From positions 78,614-142,613 of the forward strand of contig CAIVQG010000057.1 of assembly GCA_903907985.1 (NCBI GenBank): a DNA stretch of 64,000 bases. The letters are read 5' to 3'. Shown one piece after another: positions 39,582 to 48,499 of this stretch. The DNA is from an uncultured delta proteobacterium. GTDB taxonomy: Bacteria > Desulfobacterota > Syntrophia > Syntrophales > Smithellaceae. Under the pieces are notes generated by a model. The model saw nothing but the letters and a program-made list of their open reading frames with translations, was not told the DNA's origin and did not search any database. How positions within the stretch are numbered: position 1 is the stretch's first letter; each line of letters begins with the position of its first letter. Both the position numbers and the translations under genes were made by a program.

Positions 39582-40151
39582 CTACACATCTGCTAATGTT
39601 ATTGTACACGTTACTAGAAGAACATCATTGGCCACGACTGATTTCGCAGCCGCAAATTGACTTGCCGCAAATAAAATCCCGCCGCCGGCCGTATTGCCCT
39701 TTGTTGTCGGAGCTGAACCGCCGCCGCATAAAAAAGCCCCGTAAATCGTCTTTGTGGCGTTCATCGTAAATGTCGACTTATTGGCAACATTGGTCGTAAC
39801 CTTGTTGACTGCAGCAGCTTCATTATAGACCACTCTCGCAGATTCATTATAAGCCGTGCTTTCCGTAAATCCGGGTACGGCATAGGTATCAGTGACTAGC
39901 GGTGTATAATTATTTTCAAACAATCCCATGTACCAGGTGCCGATTGCCGTTGTTCCGTGAAAGGTAGCATCAAGCATGCTGTTTAATCCCTGCGTTGTGG
40001 TCACATTCTTTTGCGCCCACTGGTCAACCAGTTTGCCGTCCCGGTATTGTTCAAATTCCCACCATGATCCGATAGGGATAATGGCTTTCATGGACGGGCT
40101 GCTGATTAATTCAGCCGAAAACTTTGCATTTAGAGGAAGTATGGATTTCAT
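39582..40151 (-). CDS. Small beta-rich tail-region protein (paralogue of 42192-42776)
   Basis: 189 aa. It shares YxGxFxNNxTPxxxDT, FTxNAxxTxYGAFL and DVLxVT blocks with the 194-aa protein. Confidence 0.55.
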   Translation of the reverse strand: MKSILPLNAKFSAELISSPSMKAIIPIGSWWEFEQYRDGKLVDQWAQKNVTTTQGLNSMLDATFHGTTAIGTWYMGLFENNYTPLVTDTYAVPGFTESTAYNESARVVYNEAAAVNKVTTNVANKSTFTMNATKTIYGAFLCGGGSAPTTKGNTAGGGILFAASQFAAAKSVVANDVLLVTCTITLADV

Positions 40152-40153
40152 TG

Positions 40154-42022
40154 TTATGCTCCTGTATTTAATCTATCTGTGTTCGGTATGTAGGCAAACC
40201 CCAATAGGTTTGCTTCTGTCGTGCCAACCGCGGAGGTAAGAGCGCTGACAAATGGTGAACCATCTTTATACATTTGCTTGGTCCGGGTATATGGCGACGC
40301 CATCAATACCCAATTAAATCCTTGTACTTTTACATCACCTATTTCGAGATCGTTCCAAAACTCTCCATAAACTGTATGCCCATCCACGGTTCCACCAAAA
40401 GGATTCGTCCATAAATAAGTTTCCGGAGGTTTCTGGGAAGCATCAAAACCTTCTTGATATGTAAGATTTTTACTTATAGAAGATGACATATAGAGTCCAG
40501 GGTGGTATGTAACCGCATTGTCCTGATTCCAACTTTGCGCAGCAACACCCTGGGAATAATTATTATATCCATCCGGAGACCAGTAATGGGTGGTTACAAT
40601 GGAACCCACCTTCTTAACTGATGCAGGAATAGTGTTGGCGGACCAATTATTGATCCATGTTACAGTGTTTTCATAATCATAAGGTAAATTTGGACCGGGC
40701 CAGCTTCCGCCAACGAATGCGTAGTCGAGAGAAGATGTTACGAATATATCATTTACTTCATAATATCCTTTTTGGGATGTAACAGACCGGGTGTGTATAT
40801 CACCATCGGCAGGATAGTTATAGGGCCACGGCGAAGCAAATGTTCCGTCGCGTCTGACCGGAGCGCCACCCGCTTGGCCGGGACCAGCAACGAGGGTCAG
40901 TTTGTTTTCTTCAAGACGGTATTTATATAGGTTTGGGTTTGTCCAATATATAAAGTTATTATCAGGTGAAAAATTAATCGAGAATCCGTACTGATCAAAC
41001 ATACCGTAACAATCAGCCATATCATTACCCGCGGAACCAACATAGTATAGGATATTCAGCAGGGGATCGAGAATATAGAGATAGAAATAATGGCCGGTCC
41101 CAGCATAGTTTGCCGAAGAAACCATCCAGCTAAATGGCGAAATCGCGGCCCAGTTAATGCCAATCTGCCTAAATCGTAAAATTAAATCTACCAGAGGGAA
41201 CGTACCATGTTTAAGGTCCGCATTGGCAACAATGGAATTAGTAGAAATATCCAAGGCCCAATCGCCTGTGGTGGTTTGGACCACAAGCCATGCATGGCCA
41301 ACCGGTGTGGCCTCATTAGTTACACCGCATTCGATATGCAATGCTGACGCATGGTACCCCAGGTCCAATAGCGCCTTTGCTTTTGTCAGGGCAAAGTCTT
41401 CGCAGTCACCCGTCTCGCCCGTTGCCATGATCCGCCAGACATCCTGGCCTGCGGGCTCTGCAACATATGTATGCGAACCGTTGACCGCTGCATTGACTGC
41501 CTGCATATCCGCCAATAGTTGAGTCGTCATGGGGAGCACATTATTGCTGTTATTGGTAACTAACGGGAACGTGGGATTAGCCGCCGCGAACGTGGCCCAC
41601 CCCGGATACTGATTCTGGCTGATATACAGGGATGTGGAAATAAAATATAAATCCCTTTTAGTGCTATGAACCACACCATTCAAATCAGTACTAGGCACGT
41701 TATGGGAAAATCTTTTCACCCGAAATGTAAACAGATCAGTAGAATTAGTCGTAAAGACCTGGTCATATGTTTTTGTGTCAACAATGGTCCCCAAAGAATC
41801 TAATTTACAAGTAGCGATATTCAATCCGCTGTTTTGATAAAAAATATAGCAATCACCCATAATGACAGGGGCAGCGCTACATCGCCTTATTCCGTCCGTA
41901 TGACCAATCACTTTATATTCCGCGACTGTGAAGAACTCCGAACTTTGCTTTTTCATCACAATGACTTCGTCTCCAACGTCAAACCCGTCTGCAGCTCCTT
42001 GAATCGCTCCGTTGTCACGCAA
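40154..42022 (-). CDS. Tail-associated protein with transglutaminase-like Cys-His peptidase core; reading frame continues upstream across one TGA
   Basis: 622-aa ORF beginning at an RBS-less TTG. GDCEDFALTKAKALL places the Cys at 41402-41404, and GHAWLVVQTTTGDWALD places the His at 41294-41296. The same frame is open up to the ATG at 42184 except for the TGA at 42038-42040. Confidence 0.6.
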   Translation of the reverse strand: MRDNGAIQGAADGFDVGDEVIVMKKQSSEFFTVAEYKVIGHTDGIRRCSAAPVIMGDCYIFYQNSGLNIATCKLDSLGTIVDTKTYDQVFTTNSTDLFTFRVKRFSHNVPSTDLNGVVHSTKRDLYFISTSLYISQNQYPGWATFAAANPTFPLVTNNSNNVLPMTTQLLADMQAVNAAVNGSHTYVAEPAGQDVWRIMATGETGDCEDFALTKAKALLDLGYHASALHIECGVTNEATPVGHAWLVVQTTTGDWALDISTNSIVANADLKHGTFPLVDLILRFRQIGINWAAISPFSWMVSSANYAGTGHYFYLYILDPLLNILYYVGSAGNDMADCYGMFDQYGFSINFSPDNNFIYWTNPNLYKYRLEENKLTLVAGPGQAGGAPVRRDGTFASPWPYNYPADGDIHTRSVTSQKGYYEVNDIFVTSSLDYAFVGGSWPGPNLPYDYENTVTWINNWSANTIPASVKKVGSIVTTHYWSPDGYNNYSQGVAAQSWNQDNAVTYHPGLYMSSSISKNLTYQEGFDASQKPPETYLWTNPFGGTVDGHTVYGEFWNDLEIGDVKVQGFNWVLMASPYTRTKQMYKDGSPFVSALTSAVGTTEANLLGFAYIPNTDRLNTGA

Positions 42023-42037
42023 CGGTGAATCAGGCAG

Positions 42038-42184
42038 TCAGTGATAAAAAAGAGGGGCAGTAACGGAGGAGCCGCCCACGGTTACAGTGCAGGTATCCGT
42101 AGCGGCATCCAGTGCCGTTATTGTTCCTCTGAGAAATTCCCAGTTTAGAACATCCCCGATATTTGTGAAGTCGTGAGTCGGCAT
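42038..42184 (-). CDS. 48-codon N-terminal segment, in frame with the 622-aa tail ORF and ending at TGA
   Basis: The ATG at 42184 lies 7 nt after the upstream stop, with a GGGA RBS-like sequence. The product is MPTHDFTNIGDVLNWEFLRGTITALDAATDTCTVTVGGSSVTAPLFYH followed by TGA. Confidence 0.4.
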   Translation of the reverse strand: MPTHDFTNIGDVLNWEFLRGTITALDAATDTCTVTVGGSSVTAPLFYH

Positions 42185-42191
42185 ATCGTCC

Positions 42192-42776
42192 CTAACTCGT
42201 GGTGCAAGAGATCACATAAGTAACTGCCAGTACGTCGGCATCGATAACTGCCCGGGCCGTCCCGAACTTCTTGGCTGCCATCAGATAGCCATCCGTGGCG
42301 GTCTTGGCCATGGATGTCGAAAGGAACGCACCGTAAACTGTAATGCTGGCGTTTACGGTAAAACTGGCTGCGCTGGCCGTATTGGTGCATGAGGCCGTTG
42401 CGGTAGAGGCAATCGTGTAACCCGGCTTGTTTGTTATCGGAGAATCATAATCGGCGTCCTGGCATTCACCATAAGAACCTGCGGCTCCGAGTTTTGCGGC
42501 TGCCGTGTCTCCTACTGCCGGAGTCACGTTGTTTTTGAAAATACCGACATAAAATATGGGAATGCCCACCTTTGATGTAGTCCCGAAAATGACATTCAGC
42601 AAATACGCCATGCCTTCCGTGGTGAAGGTGTTGCTGCCCTGATCGTTGTGGGCCAGTAGCAACCCGTTCCGGAAATGGTCCGTTAAAACGTGTCCGTGCA
42701 TCTGCAAACCAGACTCGCCTATGTGTTTTGCCGCATACCTTAACTGTGCATCGTCCCGAAATTTGTTTAAATTCAT
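42192..42776 (-). CDS. Small beta-rich tail-region protein (paralogue of 39582-40151)
   Basis: I chose the ATG at 42776 with an AAGGAG RBS (194 aa); the track start at 42806 is a TTG. See the paralogue blocks listed for 39582-40151. Confidence 0.55.
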   Translation of the reverse strand: MNLNKFRDDAQLRYAAKHIGESGLQMHGHVLTDHFRNGLLLAHNDQGSNTFTTEGMAYLLNVIFGTTSKVGIPIFYVGIFKNNVTPAVGDTAAAKLGAAGSYGECQDADYDSPITNKPGYTIASTATASCTNTASAASFTVNASITVYGAFLSTSMAKTATDGYLMAAKKFGTARAVIDADVLAVTYVISCTTS

Positions 42777-42808
42777 CGTCTCATTCTCCTTTATGTTTAA
42801 TGACAAAT

Positions 42809-42891
42809 AAAAAAGCCTGTAACGATCAGAGGAAAATCCCCTGACAATTACAGGCTTTCAGTCCCTTCCTGCGAAGGCTTAATAAGTACCT
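42809..42891 (-). repeat. Conserved RNA-like element, copy B
   Basis: Minus sense reads AGGTACTTATTAAGCCTTCGCA-GG-AAGGGACTGAAAGCC, then hairpin AAAGCCTGTAA/TTACAGGCTTT, then TTTTTT. It lies between two late genes. Confidence 0.6.
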
Positions 42892-42922
42892 GTGATTCTA
42901 ATGACTAAATTTAGCTACAGCA

Positions 42923-44248
42923 CTAAACTACCATTCCTCCCCGCGTGACTGTACATGTGGCGCTGTCCGCAAATCCTGCGCTACTTCCCATTAAATTTGC
43001 GCTCTTGTTATATAAATCTATTCGCCCATTTTTAAAAACATCATAAGTCTCGTCGTCCCTGAATCCGACACCGCTGCCTATGTTCCCCGCCCTGAAACTG
43101 GTTAGAAATTGGAACACTCCCTCAAGGTTGCGGTATAAAGAGGCCCCTCTTGACGGGAGACTCATCTTGATCTTGTTTTTTGTCAGGTTAAAAAGTTTCC
43201 CCGAAGAATTCCCGGCGACAATCCCCTCTGCGGTCAACCATACCGGCACATCGACAAATCCTTGTTCCGCCGATCCTGATGTGCTTCCAAGATCAGGAAG
43301 ATTATTGCAATAGGCCAAGGTCCCCTTGATCGATCCGGACCCGGCCTCAGATTGCGCCATTTGCTCCGGTTCCGTACCTGCCAGAAATCGCGTCTTTTCA
43401 TTCATCCCGATAAACAGTCCCGTGGATACTTTGGCAATCAGCGTGACCTTGCCTTCAAAAGAAAACTTGTTGGAAGTCTGATTAAATAAAGCGAACTTAA
43501 AGGGCTCGCTGTAATAGACCACATTCCCGGACGATCCCCAAATCCGGCCAAAGGCATAACATAGATTCTCCAAATTAGGCGGCGGGTTGCATGAAAATGA
43601 CGGCAGGGGTTCTGCTGTGGGCAGGTCAACAACTTTGCCTGTGGCGCCAGCCAGATAGAAAATACCCTCATCCGTGTCGGTTATCCAAACCAAAGCGGAG
43701 GCGGGACGATTTAGAATCTGAATTCCGCCCTCGGCTGTGAGTTCGATACTCGTTGTCGGGCCATTCCCCGAGATTTCAGTTCCTGCAATATTGGTCATGC
43801 ACACATGGTAAGTGCCGGCAGGGAGATTACCGTCTCCGGAAAGGAGCATTGGACCAGGAGGTTGTGGAATGCCCCAGGATGAAATGGAATTAGTCGAAAT
43901 ATCGAATACCCCCTGCCAGTAGGGGTTTGATATATAAACTTTATCTTCCGCCTCCACATAGGCAAACGGATATGACGGGCCGGATACGGCGCCAACAATT
44001 ATCGCCTGCCCTTGATGAATACGATACATCGCCGTAGCGTCCGCACACAACATACATGAGGCACCTGCCCATAAACTGTGCGCCCCCGGAAGATTAACGA
44101 ATGATGTCTTTCCTTTACGAGCGATTAAGTGCCCTGTTTGGTCAACGTCAGCATTCAATATGACGCGAGGCTCAACGATTCCGCCTTTGTAGTAGATACG
44201 CCTGACGTTGTTCGCCCCGGAAAATCCGTTTATATTAATTTCACCCAT
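42923..44248 (-). CDS. Hypothetical phage tail/baseplate-region protein
   Basis: 441 aa from the ATG at 44248, which overlaps the upstream stop as ATGGGTGA. The track start at 44305 is less likely. Confidence 0.55.
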   Translation of the reverse strand: MGEININGFSGANNVRRIYYKGGIVEPRVILNADVDQTGHLIARKGKTSFVNLPGAHSLWAGASCMLCADATAMYRIHQGQAIIVGAVSGPSYPFAYVEAEDKVYISNPYWQGVFDISTNSISSWGIPQPPGPMLLSGDGNLPAGTYHVCMTNIAGTEISGNGPTTSIELTAEGGIQILNRPASALVWITDTDEGIFYLAGATGKVVDLPTAEPLPSFSCNPPPNLENLCYAFGRIWGSSGNVVYYSEPFKFALFNQTSNKFSFEGKVTLIAKVSTGLFIGMNEKTRFLAGTEPEQMAQSEAGSGSIKGTLAYCNNLPDLGSTSGSAEQGFVDVPVWLTAEGIVAGNSSGKLFNLTKNKIKMSLPSRGASLYRNLEGVFQFLTSFRAGNIGSGVGFRDDETYDVFKNGRIDLYNKSANLMGSSAGFADSATCTVTRGGMVV

Positions 44249-45272
44249 CGCAAGCCCCCCTGTCCTCAAAGCCACCAGATCCGTAGTATTGCGGCTCGCT
44301 ATCAATCCCGATAAAGTCGATTAAATCGGCCATGGCTTCAAAAAACTTGCCAGTATGATACTTGGTCCCGATCCCGGAATTGTCCTGGCCATCTTCTATC
44401 GATTCCCCGAAGATCTCTTTGCAAACATAATGTTTGATTAATTTCTTTTGCAAATGCTCCGGAAGACAATCTGGTTCGTCAGTTCCCAACGTCAACGGCG
44501 TCGGTTTCCGGTAATAATGAATCCCAATGTTTGCGGGTGCGGCCGGAATCCCCTGATAATAAAGTTTCCGCCCTTTTACGCAAACGCGATAAACAGAACC
44601 GGTTTCGGCAAGGGACATATTGCTGCTTTGTTTAAGGAACAGATTGAATGAATAATACCCGCCGCCCCTCGGCGGGTTGATCTTGTTCCAGGCGCCGTCA
44701 AAAACATTAAACACATTTCTCTGATAATCTGCCGGCAAAGAAGCATAAGCCAGAGTCGTTGTGATCACTGTGTCTGATTTGTAAAGGTCGGGCAACGGAG
44801 GCGATACTTCGCTGTCCGGCATCCGGATCCCGCCGGCAATAGCCGAAATGGCGTCATTTATCCGGTCAGTTAATACAACGTCGTTATAGACCGGATCTTG
44901 TATTACTCCCTGAATAGCGGCAAGCAAATCCGACAAGCATGGCCCCGTTCCCGCTTCGCCTGTATCTATAGGTGTTTCCTCTACCGGCAATATGCCTTCC
45001 AGTTCATAAAGTGACCCAAGACTTCCCACGATCCGGCAATTGATCAGGTAATTATGCCCGCCGGTACCGGCACGAGTGTATCCATAAACAAGCGCTCCGG
45101 TAATAGTTTGTTTCGTGACGTCCAGAATGGTTGCGGATACATCCTCCAGGGTAGAAGTGTCCACGGCGGAAATTACTGCGGACGTTATTGTTTCCGCTCC
45201 CAGGCGAGCCGTAAAATCAAAACTGACAGCAAACGCCTCAGAAGGTTGTTTGGTAGAAAATGAATTTGCCAT
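44241..45272 (-). CDS. Hypothetical phage structural protein
   Basis: 343-aa ORF whose start overlaps the upstream stop. Confidence 0.55.
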   Translation of the reverse strand: MANSFSTKQPSEAFAVSFDFTARLGAETITSAVISAVDTSTLEDVSATILDVTKQTITGALVYGYTRAGTGGHNYLINCRIVGSLGSLYELEGILPVEETPIDTGEAGTGPCLSDLLAAIQGVIQDPVYNDVVLTDRINDAISAIAGGIRMPDSEVSPPLPDLYKSDTVITTTLAYASLPADYQRNVFNVFDGAWNKINPPRGGGYYSFNLFLKQSSNMSLAETGSVYRVCVKGRKLYYQGIPAAPANIGIHYYRKPTPLTLGTDEPDCLPEHLQKKLIKHYVCKEIFGESIEDGQDNSGIGTKYHTGKFFEAMADLIDFIGIDSEPQYYGSGGFEDRGACDG

Positions 45273-46159
45273 TATGATACCCTCGTTATCTTTGGTTCGG
45301 CTGTGATGCGAGTAATTTTCTCTGTATCTGTGATGCGAGTAATTTTGGGGGTTGAGTATATTGTTTCCACAAAGAAGGCTCGGCCCAATGAGAATGAAAT
45401 ATCCGCACTTCTCAAATTAAAAACCCCATTTTCAATCTGTAATTTAGCAGGCGAATAAATTCGTATATCTTTACCTGTAAACACAAAAGATCCAGGATCA
45501 GCAAACAAACTCAAGAATCTTTTTAGATTTATATCTGATCCGGTTAAATGATTGTTTCCAGAAAGAATCTTAATTACGTATGTTCTGAACCAATCAATAG
45601 ATTGCCCTTCACTGACCATTAACCCGGCATCAACAAATATCCTCTTAGCCGTTTTGAGGTTTACAACAATCCCGGTCTCCGTAAAATTCCCAGATCCGAT
45701 ATCTAATTTTCGAGCAGTTTTTAACCAGACAGGTTGGCCTGTATCGATCAATGCTCCACTGTTTACTGCGATTCTGGAACATTTTTTTAATGATACGAAT
45801 GAACCTGTTTCGGTCAACGCCCCTGGTACTAAAGATAATTTTCTCGCATTCCTCAAAGATATGGGAGTCCCGGTTTCAGTTATTGATCCTGAAGCTACAG
45901 GTAATTTTCGCGTGGCCTTTAACGAGGTAGAAGTACCTGTTTCAGTAATAGTCCCAAATGCTACAGGAATACGCCTACCAACCTTTAACGCTACAGAAGT
46001 TCCGCTCAGTGCAAATGATCCGCATGCAGCAGGAAGAGGCACTTTGCCCCGTACCAGTGTGACAGATGTCCCTGTAGCTGCGAATGCCCCGGACCCAATC
46101 GATATGGAATAATTATTAAACGCAGTGCTATTTAAGACCACTAATGCGGATAATGACAC
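45272..46159 (-). CDS. Phage protein built of ~22-aa tandem repeats
   Basis: There are at least 6 repeats of the form xxVxLKxARKLxVxSGxxTETG, plus a C-terminal KITRIT x3 encoded by a DNA direct repeat (TGTGATGCGAGTAATTTT twice, about 45300-45348). Confidence 0.6.
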   Translation of the reverse strand: MSLSALVVLNSTAFNNYSISIGSGAFAATGTSVTLVRGKVPLPAACGSFALSGTSVALKVGRRIPVAFGTITETGTSTSLKATRKLPVASGSITETGTPISLRNARKLSLVPGALTETGSFVSLKKCSRIAVNSGALIDTGQPVWLKTARKLDIGSGNFTETGIVVNLKTAKRIFVDAGLMVSEGQSIDWFRTYVIKILSGNNHLTGSDINLKRFLSLFADPGSFVFTGKDIRIYSPAKLQIENGVFNLRSADISFSLGRAFFVETIYSTPKITRITDTEKITRITAEPKITRVS

Positions 46160-47059
46160 TTAGCAACTCCATATCTCGAATAAAAACGCACCAAAAGCAT
46201 CGTTAGCGGTCGTATTATTCGGTCCACCATACTTAATGCCGGTTGATGTAACTGCAACCTGAACAGCATAAGCCGCATCCCAAGTATAATTATTACCAGG
46301 GGTCAAACCGGTCACCACAAACTGGCTTTCTCTGGTTAATTGAGCCGTAGCAAGGGCGGTATTCTTTAATCCACCAATTGGGTTAGTCCTGCCTATGACA
46401 GTAGAACTCTGCAATACTCCAAATATCACCTGAGGAAACGTAGTAGCTCCATGGATGGTGCCCATCATTCTGACTAATACCCGGCCTGAGAGAGGAGCTG
46501 TAAAGGTTATTCGGAGATTAGTCGTATCCATCGCAGTCATTGCAAGTAATGAAGCACAAGATTCTGTTGCAGCCGTGGATGGATCGTATAATTTACTTCC
46601 AAGTAATGCTGTAGCCTCCCAAATTTCAAACTGGAACCCTCCCCAAACACTGGCCGAAGCTGTATTAGGCCCCCCATATCTGATATATGTAGATGATAAT
46701 ATTGTCTCTACGCCGTAAGCTGCGTCCCAGGTATAACTATTACCTGCTGTCAAACCGGATATTGTAAATAATGCTTCGTGTACGACTGTTGTTGTCGAAA
46801 TAGCGGTGCCGGCGATTACTCCCATAGGAGACTGCCTGGCTATTACGGTCGATCCGGATAATATACCCAATAAGATACTCGGCCAAGTGGTCGCGCCATC
46901 TATTGGGCATCGAAGCCTCACCATTACGCATCCGTTAGCGGGTGCGGTAAATGTCAATCTCAAATTAGTCGTATCTATTGCCGTCATGGCAAGTAAGGTG
47001 CCACAAGAGGCTGTTGCGGCCGTGGATGGATCGTATAATTTACCAGCAAGTAAAGCCAT
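46160..47059 (-). CDS. Phage protein with internal tandem domain duplication
   Basis: 299 aa. Residues ~1-149 and ~150-299 are clearly homologous (LLxxKLYDPSTAATxSCxxLLAMTAxDTTNLRxTFTAP...GLTxGNxYTWDAAY...YGGPN...FxFEIW). Confidence 0.6.
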   Translation of the reverse strand: MALLAGKLYDPSTAATASCGTLLAMTAIDTTNLRLTFTAPANGCVMVRLRCPIDGATTWPSILLGILSGSTVIARQSPMGVIAGTAISTTTVVHEALFTISGLTAGNSYTWDAAYGVETILSSTYIRYGGPNTASASVWGGFQFEIWEATALLGSKLYDPSTAATESCASLLAMTAMDTTNLRITFTAPLSGRVLVRMMGTIHGATTFPQVIFGVLQSSTVIGRTNPIGGLKNTALATAQLTRESQFVVTGLTPGNNYTWDAAYAVQVAVTSTGIKYGGPNNTTANDAFGAFLFEIWSC

Positions 47060-47068
47060 TAGCCACTC

Positions 47069-47506
47069 CTATGTAATCGTCAGTAATGAATTCGTTACGT
47101 CGATAGTGAATGTCTCACCCACTGCCAGGGTAATACTGGAACCGTAATCCCAATAGCCGATTAAAGCGTCTGCCACCGGAGTTGTCGCCGTGTCATCGTA
47201 CAGAAGGACATATCTGAATGGCCCTATGCCACCGGCCGTTGCCGTAATGACGATATCCGTTGTCGTAGCCAGAGTCACCGTGCCGGCAACATCAACGCAA
47301 GATGTAATTGTTTCAACATATCCGCCCGAAGTATAGCCATTTGCTGCTGCGGGAGGCGGGTGCAATGATCCGGGAAGAAACCCTGTGTCTGTCGCAGCAG
47401 TTGGAGCCGTGTTTGTCAGGGCGAATTTGAGGGCGTCTGAGCCCAGGTCATAATTTTTCTTGCAAAGCTGTTCCAAGAATTTATTGAATTTTACGAAAGC
47501 CGCCAT
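47069..47506 (-). CDS. Hypothetical phage structural protein
   Basis: 145 aa from the ATG at 47506 (AGGAGG RBS), starting MAAFVKFNKFLEQL...GPFRYVLLYDDT. Confidence 0.55.
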   Translation of the reverse strand: MAAFVKFNKFLEQLCKKNYDLGSDALKFALTNTAPTAATDTGFLPGSLHPPPAAANGYTSGGYVETITSCVDVAGTVTLATTTDIVITATAGGIGPFRYVLLYDDTATTPVADALIGYWDYGSSITLAVGETFTIDVTNSLLTIT

Positions 47507-47537
47507 GATGTACCTCCTGAAAGTTTGCTGGGAGCGT

Positions 47538-47565
47538 CCCCTCTCCACCCGGAGGCAGAGAGGGG
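47538..47565. other. GC-rich stem-loop between late genes
   Basis: CCCCTCTC-N12-GAGAGGGG. The T-run (CTTGTTTTATT) is on the plus strand, antisense to the operon. Confidence 0.4.
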
Positions 47566-47582
47566 CTTGTTTTATTGAATGG

Positions 47583-47951
47583 TTATGCTTCTAGCGGTGT
47601 CTGTTTGACGTAAGCAAATTCGTCGAAATCGATCATGACGACCTTTGCTCCGGGCGCACCCGTATCAGTGATAACCATCACCTGCTCGGTCGCCGTGGCA
47701 CTATTGGGGTCGAAAACCAATCCCTTATTGGTCGCGTCCGGCACACCTGTTTCCACAACAAGGCCGGCGGTATTTGCGGCAGTTACCGTATTAACTGCCG
47801 TGGAATTACGAGCGACAACAACAGTGTCATTCGGTTCAACGACATTGGTCTGAAAAACTACTTTAACTCCTGCTACACAGCCCCGGCAGGGCGCCGGAAC
47901 ATAAAGGGTTGCGCCATCGGCGTGTGCTACTGTTATTCTCTGCATGGTCAT
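47583..47951 (-). CDS. Hypothetical phage head/neck-region protein
   Basis: 122-aa ORF downstream of the capsid module. Confidence 0.5.
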   Translation of the reverse strand: MTMQRITVAHADGATLYVPAPCRGCVAGVKVVFQTNVVEPNDTVVVARNSTAVNTVTAANTAGLVVETGVPDATNKGLVFDPNSATATEQVMVITDTGAPGAKVVMIDFDEFAYVKQTPLEA

Positions 47952-47970
47952 TTCTCCTTTTATTGGTTAA

Positions 47971-48420
47971 TTAAATGCTTGCCGGTAAAATAAATGCGGC
48001 AATCGAAAGTCCGCCGGTACCCGTCAATGTCGCGGCGGTAACGGTGGCAATAAGATTCGTCGAGGCGGTAAGGTTGCCAACTAAAACGAATACCTTGTTT
48101 AATGTTGCGCCCGTGAATACCGATGTTGCTGCCAGCGACGCATCCGATCCCACTTCTCCGATCTTAACGGTTGGCTGCGCACCGGTCCCATTGGCAAATA
48201 CCTCCGTCACCGTGCAGATCAGCAGAACTTTTTTGGCTCCTGCGGTACCCGTGGCGAGTGTTTTCACGCCGGCATCTGTTTTGATGTAAGCGCCGCCGCC
48301 GCCTAATCCCGCTGCAAGCAAGGCCGTAACCGCGGCTGGTGACCCATCAATAGTTTTTAAAAATTGTGCTATCGGTCGGGACGCCCTGTTCCCACCTACT
48401 GTCAATATTCGTTCAGCCAT
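47971..48420 (-). CDS. Hypothetical phage head-associated protein (possible decoration protein)
   Basis: 149 aa, Ala/Gly/Thr-rich, lying directly after the capsid gene. Confidence 0.45.
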   Translation of the reverse strand: MAERILTVGGNRASRPIAQFLKTIDGSPAAVTALLAAGLGGGGAYIKTDAGVKTLATGTAGAKKVLLICTVTEVFANGTGAQPTVKIGEVGSDASLAATSVFTGATLNKVFVLVGNLTASTNLIATVTAATLTGTGGLSIAAFILPASI

Positions 48421-48470
48421 GATATTTCTCCTTAATGACGGGCCTCAAACAACGCCCATCCAGTTAGTTA

Positions 48471-48491
48471 GGGGGATGGTTGCCCATCCCC
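48471..48491. other. Stem-loop immediately after the capsid gene
   Basis: GGGGATGG-NNNN-CCATCCCC begins 9 nt after the capsid stop. Confidence 0.4.
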
Positions 48492-48499
48492 TGTTTTGG

